Of a stretch of DNA of 64,000 nucleotides, positions 13,780 to 30,629 are shown piece by piece. Below the pieces are notes generated by a model. The model did no database searches, was not told the DNA's origin, and worked only from the letters and a program-made list of their open reading frames with translations. The DNA is from the human T2T-CHM13v2.0 reference genome, Homo sapiens: the NCBI RefSeq assembly GCF_009914755.1, contig NC_060944.1; one strand, written 5' to 3'. Position 1 is the first letter of the stretch. Each line of letters begins with the position of its first letter. The position numbers and the translations under genes were made by a program.

Positions 13780-13970
13780 ATCTGAGCAGCGGGGCCAGCA
13801 AATACAACAGCTCTGAGCCATGTGGTTGGTATGTTCGAGGACAGAGAGAAGGCCACTGTGGCTGGAACAGAAAGATGGCTAGACAAAAGAGGGAAAGGAG
13901 ATCAAGTCAGAAAGGCAGGCAGGAGTCAGACCGTGGAGGGCTTCGAGCCAGGCTAAAGATGGTGAGAGGT
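13780..13970 (-). mobile_element. L2 fragment
   Basis: atgttcgaggacagagagaaggccactgtggctggaacag. Confidence 0.55.
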
Positions 13971-14734
13971 AAGCCCAAGATCACACCGATGGTGAGCAAC
14001 AAAACCAGGATTCAACCCTAAGTCAGTCTTATTAGTGCATTGGTCAGTCTGTCAACAAACATCGTGGGGGAAAGTCATCCTTAAGACATCGTTATAAAGA
14101 TGTCTTCAGGCTCTGGAACTAATTGAAAGATTATCAACTTGGCAGCCAATCAGCTCCTACATTGACTTTAGTACTAGAAAGAGGTACAACTGAAATGGAC
14201 TTTTCAGTCCAAGGTGATAACATTGATGCCCATTTCATAGCCCTTGCTGAGTTTCTGTGCAATAGGAAAGCATCTTAATGAAAAAATCAAGATTTCCAAG
14301 TGAAGGGGGAAATGATACACTTTGTAAATGTAGTATAAATAAATCTAACATATAAGACAGTGTAATAATGATAATTCAGTATAAGACAGCATATGTCATT
14401 TTGTCACCTACCTTGCACACTTATGGTTACACATATCACCTCCTTTTATGTCCTAAGGTGTAATTTACACAGTACTAGAATTGGTGGAACGTGCTCATCT
14501 GGTCAGCCTACTTTAAGTACTCTGCCCGTGACTTTTACTTTTGTTAACCGAAGTCAATAAATATTTCGAGCTTCTACTCCATATGAAGCACAGTGCTGGG
14601 CATAAGAGACATAGAAGCAGACAAGGTCTACTCTTGAATTCACCAAGTTTGTAGTGACTATATATTTTTTTGTTTCTAGAATGCACAACGAGTGATATTT
14701 CATGGTTCCAAGATGGTGTGATTTTTGTCAGGGT

Positions 14735-14975
14735 TTTAATAATAACATCACAGTTAGACAGTCTTACAATGTGCTAGGCACTGTGCTAAGCGTTTATGGG
14801 GATTATCTTACCTAATTCTTAGAAAGCCCAAAAATGCAGCATTATCCCCATTTTTCAGATGGGGAAACCAGAGATTAAGTATCTTATACAAGGTACAGAG
14901 CTTGTAAACAATAGACCTGGAGTATCAAACCCAGGCAGTTTGACTTCAAAGTCAGTTCTTTTAATATAAAGTTGT
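14735..14975 (-). mobile_element. MIR
   Basis: tgtgctaggcactgtgctaagcg...cccatttttcagatggggaaacc...tcaaacccaggcagtttgac. Confidence 0.8.
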
Positions 14976-15973
14976 GCTATGACAAACCTTATATTAAAAA
15001 CTTTTGTGTTCAGGATAATGCCAGAAGCCAAGCTCTCTTCTATTTTAGCTAAGATGAGATGGTTTCTCGCACAGCAGGACTTCCTCAAGCCTCTTCTTTT
15101 TCTCCCTCTGGGGGGCTAGTTCGGGCTTTTCTTTTGAACCAGTGAAGCACAGGAAAAATCCACACGTGCTGAATTCTCCACATTGGCTCTGTACCCGCTG
15201 CCCGCCCAGCCCCCAGGATTTGCCCCAGCGTGGCTGTGCTCACTGGCCCCATCCTCTCTGTCAACACTGAGGCATCAGTAAATAAAGAACACCCCCCAAA
15301 GCTTGTCAGATTCTTCTGCACTGGTGCACACACCCCAGTGATGAGCAAACTCCTCTATCATTTGCCCAGGATCTTTGAATTTAGATGCTGGGTCAAGAAA
15401 GAATGACACTTTTGCAGGAAGCTGTTCTTTGGGAGAAATGATATTTTTTAGCTTCTTCCTCAGGCCTGCAACATAATAGGCAGGTATTGTCCTGGTGATA
15501 AATGATAGCTCCTCTGGAAGAAATTACAACACTGTGTGTCATAAGCCGAGGCTTCTCCAACATTCCTCTCTGCTGTGGAGTGGGTATAGATCTGGCCACA
15601 AAATCAGAAGTACCTGCAAAACAAACTCTTTTTTATAACTCAACTTAAATTTTTTGTTTCAAATTCCCATTGATCTCAATTAATGGCATATTGTGTCTGA
15701 GTCACTCTTGAGGCCTTCCTTCCACCCTTTCTTTTGATCAATAGTTTATAAATGGGAATAATATCGCCCTTAGTCAGCTTTCCAGAAATTATTTTGGGGG
15801 ATCGGTTGTCACAAAGATTGAGAGGTGACACCGACATTTATTTGGTGGTCAGAGGCCAGAGGTGCTAAATGTCCCGTAATGCACAAGACAGTCCCACACC
15901 ATGAAGAATTGTCTGGCATCCCAACTTTTCAATGTCCAGTAGACATTCATGCAGGTGAAACATTGGTTTCTAA

Positions 15974-16625
<652 letters not shown>

Positions 16626-16984
16626 CACACAGTTTTTATATGCTCTGAACTGTATAGAAATGTAAGTACCCTGTAAATTGAGGGAAGACTGTACTTCGTT
16701 CTAACTGTACAGAAACTTGTTCAGCATATCAAAAACTCATGTCATGAAGGCAATATTATGAGAGGCATTCGATTCTCTGACACAACACACCAGTCCAGAT
16801 CTGTATTTGTGGCTGTCACATTCAGTGTTTCTATGTATAATGGTAAGAATCTGATTGCTTTACCATATGTTCTAGTATGTCATGCCGAAGTATTTAAATG
16901 TTGGAATGTACATTAATTTATTATAAATACTTCCCTTGTATTTGCCCCTTAAAAATTGTGCTTGTAAATAAGGGATTTCAGGTG

Positions 16985-17472
16985 TGGACAGGAGTATTTA
17001 GCAGACTATGTGCATAGCCCACTCATTCCTCTGAACACTCATCTCCACACATCAAAAGGTGTCCTCCGCCAACACCTGCCACCCTCAGGTGCTGCTATTC
17101 TTGGCCTCAGGACGTTTTCCTGGCTTTGGGATCACACTCACAGCCATGCAGCATCATAGGATTTAACGAATGCCCCAGAAGCAGCCCTTGACCAATGGTG
17201 CACAGTGAGTGGGTGGACAATATGCCTGTCACCCCGTAGGAGGGGTATACCCGAGGCATGTGCTGCACGTCTCCCGGAGGTCCCCAGTGGGAATGAGCCT
17301 CTGCTGCCCATGGTGGGCCCTGCCTTGATCTCACATCCTGGATTGGCTTCTGGCCTTTTCCTATCTTGCTATACCATCACCCTAGCTGTGCTTCCTGGGA
17401 TCATCTTCTGCATCAGCTACTTAAATTGATGACTTTGTCTCAAGGTCAACTTCTTAGAAGCCCAACCTAACG
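16985..17472 (+). mobile_element. LTR16-family ERVL solo LTR
   Basis: agcagcccttgaccaat...gaggtccccagtggga...gcttcctggga...tgtctcaaggtc...cccaaccta. Confidence 0.65.
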
Positions 17473-17808
17473 TGGGCCATTACCAAGAATTTGCTTCCAA
17501 GAGGGACATTGAGTGTAACAGGGTTCAAAGCCAGTGCTCCAGACACCGTCAAGATTTGGAATTTTGTTCAATGCCAAGGAGCATATCATTGGGATATGGA
17601 TTACCCCTTTCCATGTGGCCCCTTCAGGACTGAGATCTCCTGATTTTGAACCTAGCTTGAGATAAAGTCAATTCTCCAACATGGAGTCTGTGAATCCATC
17701 TCTGGTCTCCAGGGGATGCAGAGGAGATTCATCAAAATAAAGCAGATAAATGAGTGAGTGGAGCTGTCTGGGTGCATGGAAAGTCATGCAGATAGAAACA
17801 TCTTTTGT

Positions 17809-17976
17809 GACTGGGCGTGGTGGCTCATGCCTGTAATCCCAACTACTTGGGAGGCTGAGGTGGGAAGATTGCTTGAGCCTGCGAAGTCAAGGTCGCAGTA
17901 AGCCAAGATCATACTACTGTGCTCCAGCCTGAGTAACAAGCGAGACCCTGTCTCAACAACAACATCAACAACAAAA
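17809..17976 (+). mobile_element. Alu right monomer (FRAM-like)
   Basis: Single monomer with (AAC)n tail. Confidence 0.9.
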
Positions 17977-18029
17977 ATTTGTTTCCCACTGTAAATAGAA
18001 ACCTGATTCATAGAATCTCATTCTTTTAT

Positions 18030-18260
18030 TTGAGAAAGATTTATGGAGCATCTATTCTATATCACGTACTGGGCATAGAGTGGTGAACAAAACAGACAAA
18101 ATTATTTTTTCTATCAAGTTGGGAGAGACTGATAATAATAAAAACATATGGATGGTGTTAAATAGTAATAAATACCTTTGAGAAAAAATGAAACAGGAGA
18201 GGGGAAGAAGGAGGACTGGAGATGAGGGTGGTGAGTTTTTAAAAGATAGATCAGGGATAA
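18030..18260 (-). mobile_element. L2 fragment
   Basis: atttatggagcatctattctatatc...gtggtgaacaaaacagacaaaa. Confidence 0.55.
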
Positions 18261-20954
18261 ATGGCAACAGACACTCAGCATTAAGGTCGAGGGTTCGACT
18301 CCTTGCAGGGCATGGTTATGCTGGCAAGGTCTGCCTGGGAGGAAGGTGCTTCTGCTCAGCTCAACAAGGACCGCCGTGTGGGAAGACAAAGCCCAGCTGG
18401 CAGGTATTCTCATTTTCCAGAGGAAACTTATAGACATACCACCTGCCCGGAGAGCTGCTAGCAACAAGGCAAAGCTCTCCATATTTTTAAGAGTTCAAAC
18501 TTGCCTTCCCGCTCAGCATGTTCAAACAAGAGTCAGGGAGTCGCGCTGGTGCCCTCTCCTCTCTATCCTGCCCCATGCCTCCCCTGAAGCCATCACTTTC
18601 TGCCTGAATGACAGGAAGGGAAGGAGAGGGGAAGAATGTAGAAAGAAAACAAATCACAGATTAGGATTACCCAGCCCCACTTGTCCAGCCAGTTTTCTCT
18701 TCTTCTGGATGCAAACTGAATGTTGGAAGCATTGCCTTGCAAAGTCAGTAGTCAACAGGGAAGGTTCAGATTTGTTTCTTCCTTGAAAGCTGCAGAATGG
18801 GATGTTGCTAGAGATCCCAGTGGGAAATTTCCCAGATAGAAAAGCCATGTTGGCTTGTGGAGTGCCGGGGCTTGGCATGGGGGCACTGCCTTGGCAGAGC
18901 TGTCTTGATGTTTCTGGAAGGCATTGCCAACACCAGCGGAACTTGCAGCAGGAGTTTTATGACCCTTTTTCATCCAAGCCACTATTTGGGCAGATGCCTG
19001 ATTACTTCTAATGACTCCATTTCTGTGATAATGGCCAAGTCCTCTGTCATCCTGCTGTGGCCTGGAATGGCCCTGGTTTTAGAAACGAGATGCTCCTTGT
19101 AACGCGTGGAGGCACTAATGGCTGCTCTCCAGGATCCTGGCCTCCTGTGCCAACAGGCAGAACAGCCAAAAGCAACAATGCAAGTGTGCAGAAACCATTC
19201 TTGAGACAGGGGGATCATTGGTCTGCCCATTACTAAAGATGCCCAACTCTACACTAGTCAAGAAAATCTTTGTCCCTTGAAATTTTATGTATTTCTCTAA
19301 CTTCTGAGGAAGCCAAGATCTGAGAATGAAGGAAACTTTTGTCATGAGGACTGATGGTTGGGCAAAAATGATTGGCCTGTTTTCTGGTGCTAAAACATGC
19401 TCCTAAGTGGCCAATTGGCTTCTAGTCATAGGCTCTTGGCATGATGAATGCATGTGTGATGGTGTCTGTAACAGCTATCCCAGCTTGGGGGGGTCGGGGG
19501 AGGCTCTAGCTTATTCACTTAGTATGTACCCTTAAAATACACATGCCAGGGTTTCTAAACTGCCATCTCCCTAGGACCCCACTCCACTACTATTTGGGGA
19601 TGGGGGAGGTCATACTATCTGAAGTTTTGCAAGTGGAGATTTTTTACTTACAGTAAGTGAAATGGAAACTGACCAATACCTTAGGACATGGTTAGATGCC
19701 GTTTACGCTAAGAGGTGACCAGCTAGATGCTGGATCCTGACAAAGCAAAGGTGTGGTCCCCCACCTCAGGTGACAGGCAGTGGTCATTGAAGTGAATGCT
19801 GAGTTACCAGCTGGCAATGCTTACTCTACCATGTGGCTTCCAGGCTTTCAACAAATGTTCTTCCCTGCTCTTCTCAGCCAAATCCACCCATCTCACTACT
19901 TCCAAACCTTGGTCTCTCTTCTGGAAAAGTCTCTCCAGCTCCCAGATGTCAAGGACCTCCTGGGAATCCACTTCCTTCTCCACTGACTCAAATCCCTGCT
20001 AGTCTGATGGTCCAGAGATCCTTCTTTTTCCAGAGAGCACTTCCTCCTGTTGCCTCCAGCACAAAAAGCCTTTCACCCTCATTGTTCTTTGATCTTTTAT
20101 AATCCTCAACCTTGGAGATTGTTTAGGCTCAAAGCCAGAATCAACCAAAATTCAGTTCCCTTTCCTCAAAGGCAGAGAGGGCTTAGCTTTCAAACCTTCC
20201 AGTGTCAGAAGAAAAAGAAGGGGGAATACAAACAGCTCAGTCTCTGTGTTGAAATAGTCTGAGTGCCTAGTCACCTGAAAAAGAGAGTTATTTGGATCAT
20301 TCTCCAGGGCTGTTATTTTGGAGTAAGTCACAACTTACTTGGTCCGGGATTCACTGCCCACTGTGGAGACAAAGTTTCTCAAATTCCTTTATCAGCATCA
20401 GGAACCAAGCTATTCAGTCCCACTGTCCACAGTTTTGCTGAGAATTTTTCTGTAGAGTTTATAAGTTATTGTCATTCTGCCTGTCTGTATGTCTGTCCAC
20501 CTATCGTAAAAGTTAGGTAGTGGGAAAGGTGTTTAGTCTATTTAAGGAAATAATTACTCAAAAACTAGTTTTTGCCTTTTGTGTGTGCCAATACGCAGCT
20601 TGATTCCAAACATGATGATGCCATTTCGGTGCCTAATTCCATCTGCCTGGGATCTAACACCACCTCTGCCTCTTACTACCTTTGTGGAAAGCGGGTCAAC
20701 CTCTGCAAGTCTGTTCTCTTCGCCCAACGCAGAGTGCAAGAGGCTTTCCCTTGTAAGGCTGCTGTAGACATTAAATGAGAGAGGCTAGGTCAAGAGCATG
20801 GCAAAGAGGAAGGCCCCACTGCGTATTAGACAGGGCTATTGTTATTATTAAGGTGGGACAAATAGACCACACTCTGTTCCATATTTCCCCCCTTTGGCCT
20901 CTAATGTTTGCTCCTGCACATTCTTGAAAGTAACAGAACCACATGTCTTTTCAA

Positions 20955-21200
20955 ACAGTAATAATGATAGATATCAGTATTCAGTTCTGACTCTATGCGA
21001 GGCAATTTGCATGCATTATTTCATTCAAACCTGGCAACAGTTCCATGAGGTGCCACTTCTATCAGTTCAACTTTGTAAAGGAAAGGCTTGGGCTGTGCGA
21101 CTTAATCGAGGGCATTGCCGTTTTCAGTGTAGACGCTAGGATCCAAGCCTGGTTCAAACTCCATAGCTGATACTCTTAACTAGCCCTGCATAGTGCCTCA
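20955..21200 (-). mobile_element. MIR
   Basis: tgcatgcattatttcattcaaacctggcaacag...actcttaac. Confidence 0.55.
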
Positions 21201-21234
21201 TTATTCAAATGCCAAATAATTCAGAATTTTGCTA

Positions 21235-21570
<336 letters not shown>

Positions 21571-21671
21571 TTTTAAAATTTTTTAAAAAACAACTTTACT
21601 CTCCTGAGTCCAGATGGGGTTGACTTTACTGATCCTGTGCATTTACTTTGTGTAGCAACCCTAGATAGTAG

Positions 21672-22013
<342 letters not shown>

Positions 22014-22431
22014 TTCTTATTCTTCTTTTAAATAAGCCCGTAACTAGTAATGAAAACCAAGGATAAATCTATTTATTTGTATTGTTTCAGGAACTTCAGA
22101 TATTAAAAAGCAATAAAACACTAATCCAATAAAGTAATTTCTGCACACTTGTTTATACGTGACGTAGCGCCGATTTCACAGCTTGGACTCATGAAATTGT
22201 TTTCCTCCCGCGCTGGGACAAAGACCCATGACAGCAGCTTGTAGAAGCTGCCACAAGGACTGCCATCTGATGATTCATTTGCTTCTTGGTTTTTCGGGGG
22301 CTTGTGTTTTTTTACTTGGAGGTAGGGTTTCTTTCAGGGGAAGTTCAGTAACCGACAGCTACGAGATCTTTACACAGAACGATCACTGCTAAACCAAACC
22401 AAAATACCAACGGGGTTTTGGACTCGATGGT

Positions 22432-22753
22432 AATTTTTTGTTTGTTTGTTTGTTTGGTTTGTTTGGTTTTGATACGGAAGCTCCCCCTGTCACCCAGGCT
22501 GGTGTGCAGTGGTGTGACTTCGGCTCATGGCAACCTCTGCCTCCTGGACTCAAGCGATTCTCCTGCCTTCAGAGTAGCTGGGATTACAGGTGCCTGCCAC
22601 AACCCCCAGCTAATTTTTTTATTTTATTTTTTTAGTAGAGCTGGGGTTTCACCATGTTGGCCAAGCTGGTCTTGAACTCCTGACCTCAAGTGATCCACCC
22701 TCCTAGGCCTCCCAAAGTGCTGGGATTACAGGCGTGAGCCTGTGCACCTGGCC
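22432..22753 (-). mobile_element. Alu (AluS-like)
   Basis: (TTTG)n tail and reverse dimer. Confidence 0.95.
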
Positions 22754-23067
22754 CCCATGATAATTTTTATCACATGATGTTATCCAAGGATGACGCCATA
22801 AACTGATAGCAATATAGGGTAACATTTACACCTTTCATGAGCAAAATGAGGGGAAATAAAGATGCTCTGGGAGGTTTTCAACAAGTGAAATTTACTCAGT
22901 ATGAAGTATTGAACTTTATTTGATCCAGATCAATAAAATTTATTGAGCACATTCTGTGTGCCAGGCACTCTTCTAGGCATTGATGAAAACAGAATAGTTG
23001 TTCTCAGAGAGTTCTTATTATAGTGGGGATAGACAGACAATAAACAAATAAACATGAACTGGGTTCA

Positions 23068-23420
<353 letters not shown>

Positions 23421-23567
23421 AGAGAATGCAGTAGAGTTAGGGAAGTCCATGCCAAGGAGGTGACAATTTAGCAGAGGGTTGCATGAATAGAGGAGGAGGT
23501 AAGCCTTGACTATATCTGGGGAAGAATGTTACAGGGAAAGGGAATAGTCATTGAAAGTCCCTGAGGA

Positions 23568-23897
<330 letters not shown>

Positions 23898-24489
23898 TCA
23901 AATATGACAAGGAGGCCAGTGTGCAGAGATGAGGGAGAGTAGAAGAAAGGCAATGAGGTTTTCAACGACCTCATGAAAAGCTTGTTAGGGCCAGCATAGT
24001 TTTTATTTGTACTCTGAGCTTGTGTGTTTTCCACTACACTGGTGATAGAAACGCCTTTCTTTAATGCAAAGATGGTAAGGCAGTGTTCTTTGTGTTGGAA
24101 AGTTATTGTGTCGATTCCTTGAAATTTTTTTTAATCTGATCTGTGAAATCCAGAAGTCTGGGAATGTCAGGAGACGTCTGGTGGCATTCTGTAGGTGGGA
24201 GTGTCACGGTGTCGTAGGAAGTTCAGGAATCTGAAGTCTGTGTCCCAGCCATCCTCTGTTCCAGACATGCTGGGTGACAGTAGGCAAGGAATTTCTATTT
24301 CTGGGTTTCACTTTTCTAGTCTCTAAAATTGAGAGAGCAGCTTTAAAGAATCCTGAACCGACGAGGGCATGAAGGACATGGAAAGCCTGAGAGGAAAGTC
24401 AAGGAGTCAGGCAGGTGGACTTCCCGGAGGAGGGGACCTGGGGAGCTGCTCTGGGCAGGCTCTTTGTGAAGGGAGAGCAGCCCTGCTCA

Positions 24490-24975
<486 letters not shown>

Positions 24976-25388
24976 CGTTCATTTCCTGGAGCTGCTATAA
25001 CAAATTACTACAAACTCAGTGGCTTAAAACAGCAGAAATTAATTCTCTCGCAGTTGTGGACGCTGGAGGTTGGAAATCAAGGTGAAGGCAAGGCCACACT
25101 CCCTCTGAAGATGCTAGGGATGAGCCCATCCTGGCCTCTTCCAGCTTCTGGTGTTCCTTGGGTTGCGGCCGCATCGCTCCAGCTTCTGCTTCCTTGTTCA
25201 AACAGCTTTCTCCATGGGTCTCCGTCCTCTCTTCTTATAGGACTGTCAGTCATTGCTTTTCGGGCCTACCTCATCTTAACTGAATTACACCTGCAAAGAC
25301 TCCATTTCCAAATAAGGTCCCATTCACAGGTAGGAGGGGTCAGGACTTGAGCCTGTGTTCTTGGGAGGACAGAATTCAAGCCACCATG
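24976..25388 (-). mobile_element. MLT1B/C-like solo LTR
   Basis: gctgctataacaaattactacaaact...ggcttaaaacagcagaaatt...tttccaaataaggtc. Confidence 0.8.
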
Positions 25389-25614
25389 ATGGATATGATC
25401 TCTATTATAAATTATTCAGTATAGAGACTCTGGCCTAGGAATCTGGGAACCACCGAATGATTAAAAGCTGCTCTGTAAAGTTTACAAAATCTGTCTCTCC
25501 AGGAAGTGAATGATGAATGTGAGAGAGTTCATACGGGTTTCCAAACAGGATTGTCCTGGCTGCAAGACCCAGGTCAAGTCAGACACATTCTAGTCTTCAG
25601 AACAGTGTTAGGCG

Positions 25615-26332
<718 letters not shown>

Positions 26333-26337
26333 GTTCA

Positions 26338-26699
<362 letters not shown>

Positions 26700-28054
26700 T
26701 CACCCAATACCAGTTCTCTTGTCTCCAAGGTCTCTTCCATCTGCCTGTCTCTGTGACTCTAACTTTCCTATCTTTCCTTGAGAGTCTTTGCTGGCCTTTC
26801 CATTCAGCCATTTTCTTAAGGAACTTTCATCAACTTCCAAACGCCCCCACCAATCTAAAGCTCAGCTTCAGCTGGAAAATGTCTTAGTGGCAAAATGGTT
26901 TAGGGAGGAAAAAAGGCTTTATTTCTTCTGATATTTTTAAACCCGATAGCTCCTCACTTTGAGACTTTAAGCTTCATTGAACCTCTCTGAAAATCTACCT
27001 CCTGGAATCATGGGATAGAACATACAGGGGAGGAAAAGCAAACCGCTTTTTCACTTTCTATGTCCCAGGGAATAAAGGACTTCAAGAAAACTGCCCTTAC
27101 CTTTCCAGCCACATTCCACAATGGCCTTTTCTAACCACAGTTCTTTATGAATCTCCTTTCCATCACATCTCTGATGAGTCTTTCTATTGCTTTGCATGAC
27201 AAAATACACCAAATCCTAAACTTGTTCTTGTGAGAAAATGGAAAAGTTCACAAGGAAAGAAAATGACCTAAGATGAGTGAGCAATGGTATTCAAAAATAA
27301 GGAGATTAGATAATGACGCAATTAGAGTCCATTTCTATGGTTTTCTATAATTCTGAACATTTGCTGACGACTTTGACTGGTTTGGTATTTATTCTTATAG
27401 CACATCAATTTAAAATCACCCTCTGTGCTCTAAGAGGAATGATAAATTATGAAGAAAATATGTTCGGAAGAATTTTTTAGTGGGCTATCTGATGCTGACC
27501 TGAGATGTTATTATGAGGCCATCCAATCATTCTGGGTTTTTTTAATTCTATCATTTGCATTCCAAGCATTTTAAATATTTAAATGGCCTTTCTTCTTGCT
27601 CCTTAATGAGAGTTTGTTTGCATTTAGCACATAATAACTGACTAGAAATGGCTTTCTTCTTCTTGTGTTCTCAATCCAGTGGAAATGGGGAAATCAGTGA
27701 GGAAACCAATGTTGTCAACCCAAAGAGAGACGGTGATGACTTAAAGTTGGGTGGAAGTGATGAGAAATAGTTGCATTTGGGATGTATGTTCAAGTTCAAG
27801 CCAACAGGATTTTCTGGTGGCTTGGCTGTGAAATCTTACAAAAAGCAATGAGTCAAACATGTTATTACAATTCTGAATGAGGTTTTTATAAAGTCAGAGC
27901 TACAGGTCAAAGGCACCAGGTTCCTAGGGCCAGGATCTGAGTGGGCTTCAGATGGGGCCTATGTAGAATTCTTCCTAGACCACTGATTACCATTACAGTA
28001 ACAACTCCAGGTTGGCTTCCTATTAAAAACAGACCAGATCACCTTGGATTATAT

Positions 28055-29403
28055 GACTGCTTCCCAAAGTGTGATATACATAATACATGTACTAATAGGA
28101 AGCTTTTATGTTTTACAAAAACCTATTTATTTTAACTTTTATTTTAGATTCAGGGGTACATGTGCAAATTTGTTGGTTTGTTATATAGGTAAATTGTGAG
28201 TCACAGGGGTCTGGTGTACAGATTATTATGTCACCCAGGTAATAAACGTCGTATCCAATAGGTAGTTTTTGCATCCTCACCCTCCTCCCTTCACCCTCCA
28301 GTAGGCCTGGTATCTGTTATTCCCTTCTTGGTGTCCATAGGCACTCAATGTCCAGCTCCTACTTATGTATGAGAACACATGGTATTGGTTTTTCTGTTTC
28401 TGTGTTACTTCACTTAAGATAATGGCCTCCAGCTCCATCCATATTGCTGCAAAAGACATGATCTCATTCTTTTGTATGGCTGTGTAGTATTTCATGGTAT
28501 ATATATGCCACATTTTCTTCATCTAGTCTACCACTGATAGGCATTTAGGTTGATCCCATGTCTTTACCATTGTGAATAGTGCTCTGATGAACATATGTGT
28601 GTATGTGTCTTTATGGTAGAATAATTTATATTCCTTTGGGTATATACCCAGTAATGGCATTGCTGGGTTGAATAATAATTTCATTATGAGCACTTTGAGA
28701 AATCTCCAAACTGCTTTCCACAATGACTAATTTACATTCCCACCAGCGGCATGTGAATATTCCCTTTTCTCTGCAAGCTCACCAGAATCTGTTTTTGTTT
28801 TGTTTTGTTTTGGTTCTTAAGAGCCATTTGCACTGGTGTGAGATGGTATCTGATTTTGGGTTTGATTTGCGTTTCCCTAATGATGAGTGATGTTGAGCAT
28901 TTTCTCATATGCTTCTTGGCCACATGTATGTCTTTTTTTGAAAAGTGACTGTTCATATCCTTTGCCCACTTTTTAATGGGGCTGTTTTTTGCTCACCTTT
29001 GTCAGATGCATAGTTTGCAAATTTTTTCACCCATGAGGTAGGTTGTCTGTATACTCTGTTGATATGAAAAAAAAAAAAAAAACACTATTTTTAAATAGCC
29101 TTATCCCAAGTCATAATCCATGAAACTATAGTTTTTATGGGCATATTTTTAAAATCTATTTTGAGGCATTTATTTCATTGAGAATTACATATACACATGT
29201 GTACATACACACACACATGCACAGAAACACACACCAGCCCATCAAACCCAGGAGTGCATGGATTATTGCCTAAGGGTGAGACTAACTTTAAAAAACACTG
29301 GTCAATTTTTTAAATCATTAGGAGAATAATAATAAAATTGATTCTAGAATGTGGCAAAAATTGTGAAGGTGGCCTGCAAATGATTGCAGATTGAAAAACA
29401 CAA
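28055..29403. mobile_element. MER113-like hAT-Charlie element interrupted by L1
   Basis: Starts tgcttcccaaagtgtg; ends tggcaaaaattgtgaaggtgg...gaaaaacac. Confidence 0.5.
28125..29065 (-). mobile_element. 5'-truncated older primate L1 (L1PA13-16/L1PB-like)
   Basis: 3' end ttttattttagattcaggggtacatgtg; broken ORF2 C-terminal peptides in ORFs 28277-28956 ([33 protein letters not shown]). Confidence 0.9.
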
Positions 29404-30365
29404 AATTATATCAAGTCTTATCTGCATGCATATGAAAATGACAGGAGAATAAAATTCAAATTCAGTTAGTGAAAAATCCTTCTAATACACAGTCTATGTA
29501 CTTCTACAAATCAAGGCGACAAACCAGCATAAATGAGGAGATGAAATGACAGGATGTGAGGGGTGATATGAGTGGTACTTATTCCCCAAATGAAATAATG
29601 ACTTACTAAAGGAAAGTTGAGTGAGGAAAAACATTGATAATTGTCCAATAAATCTTTCCATAACCTCCCATTAGTCATCAGAGCATTTCAGTCCCTTTTT
29701 TACCTAGGAAGGGAAGTCAGACGTAAAGCACAAGCAAGCAATTGCTGAAGCCACACCAGGGAACCACAGGGCTGCTGCTTTTCCCATCTCGGGGTGCCTA
29801 TGGGTGTTCTCCTTCCCTGTAGCATCAAGACCATCAGATGGCCTATAAGCCCATTTTAAATTGCCATTTGCCCTTTTTAGAACTACTGGGAAACATTCTT
29901 GTGTGCATCAAAATTATTTTTTCTCCTCTGGCCTTGGGACCTCGGTCAAGTTAAGTTAGCTCCTCATTACCAAAAGGATTTGAAAACAGTAGTTCTGGGT
30001 ACTAACTCCTTTGCCAGTTTGCCTTCATTTCTTTATTTATTATTTCAGCACAGAACTGTGAATCTCATACTCTAACAGGATAGGAAATACTTATCAGATA
30101 AATACATAAACATTTGCCAATTCAGTTTGGTGTTACCAAGAAGTACAAAATGTTGTAAGGGTCTATATTAATGAGGAAGCCTTGCCTTAGAAGTCCTGGG
30201 AGTCAGGGAAGACCACCCTAAGAAATTGAAGTTTGGGGAGAAGTTAGCCAAGTGAGAAGAGGGAGGAAGAACATTCCAGACAGGGATACCAATTTGCACT
30301 AAAGCTCTAAAGCATAACGGACTTGGTGTGCTTGAAGAACAGAAAGAAATTTGTCATGTCATGCA

Positions 30366-30478
30366 TAAGGTGGCCAACTGTCCTGGTTTGCTCTGGACTA
30401 AGAAGTTTCCCAGGATGTGGGGCTTTCTGTGCTAAAATCGGGAAAGTGTTGGCAAACTGGAACAGATGGACCATCCTT
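30366..30478. mobile_element. MER81 inside an L2 relic (~30100-30545)
   Basis: taaggtggccaactgtcctggtttgc...tgtgctaaaatcgggaaag...ggcaaactggaacag. Confidence 0.75.
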
Positions 30479-30629
30479 GTAATAAGCAATAAGTACAGTG
30501 ATGTTAAACCAAGCTGGAGAGATGAGCAGGGGCCATTTATCTGAATCACCACTTGTTACTGCTAGGATCCTGCCATCTTGTCTGACTTCTTGGGGCCTCA
30601 AGATAACAAAGATATTCTCTTCTGCATAT

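Noticed and set aside
18346-18786. 146-aa ORF in unique sequence
   Set aside because: No recognisable domain, non-ATG start, composition typical of chance ORFs, and overlapping ORFs in other frames.
28277-28956. Three ORFs similar to L1 ORF2
   Set aside because: Frameshifted, stop-interrupted remnants of a truncated L1.
29066-29095. Poly-A at the 5' end of a minus-strand L1, suggesting an inversion
   Set aside because: The right TSD copy ends TTTT/AA as expected for an ordinary minus-strand insertion; the A run is more simply an expansion within the TSD.
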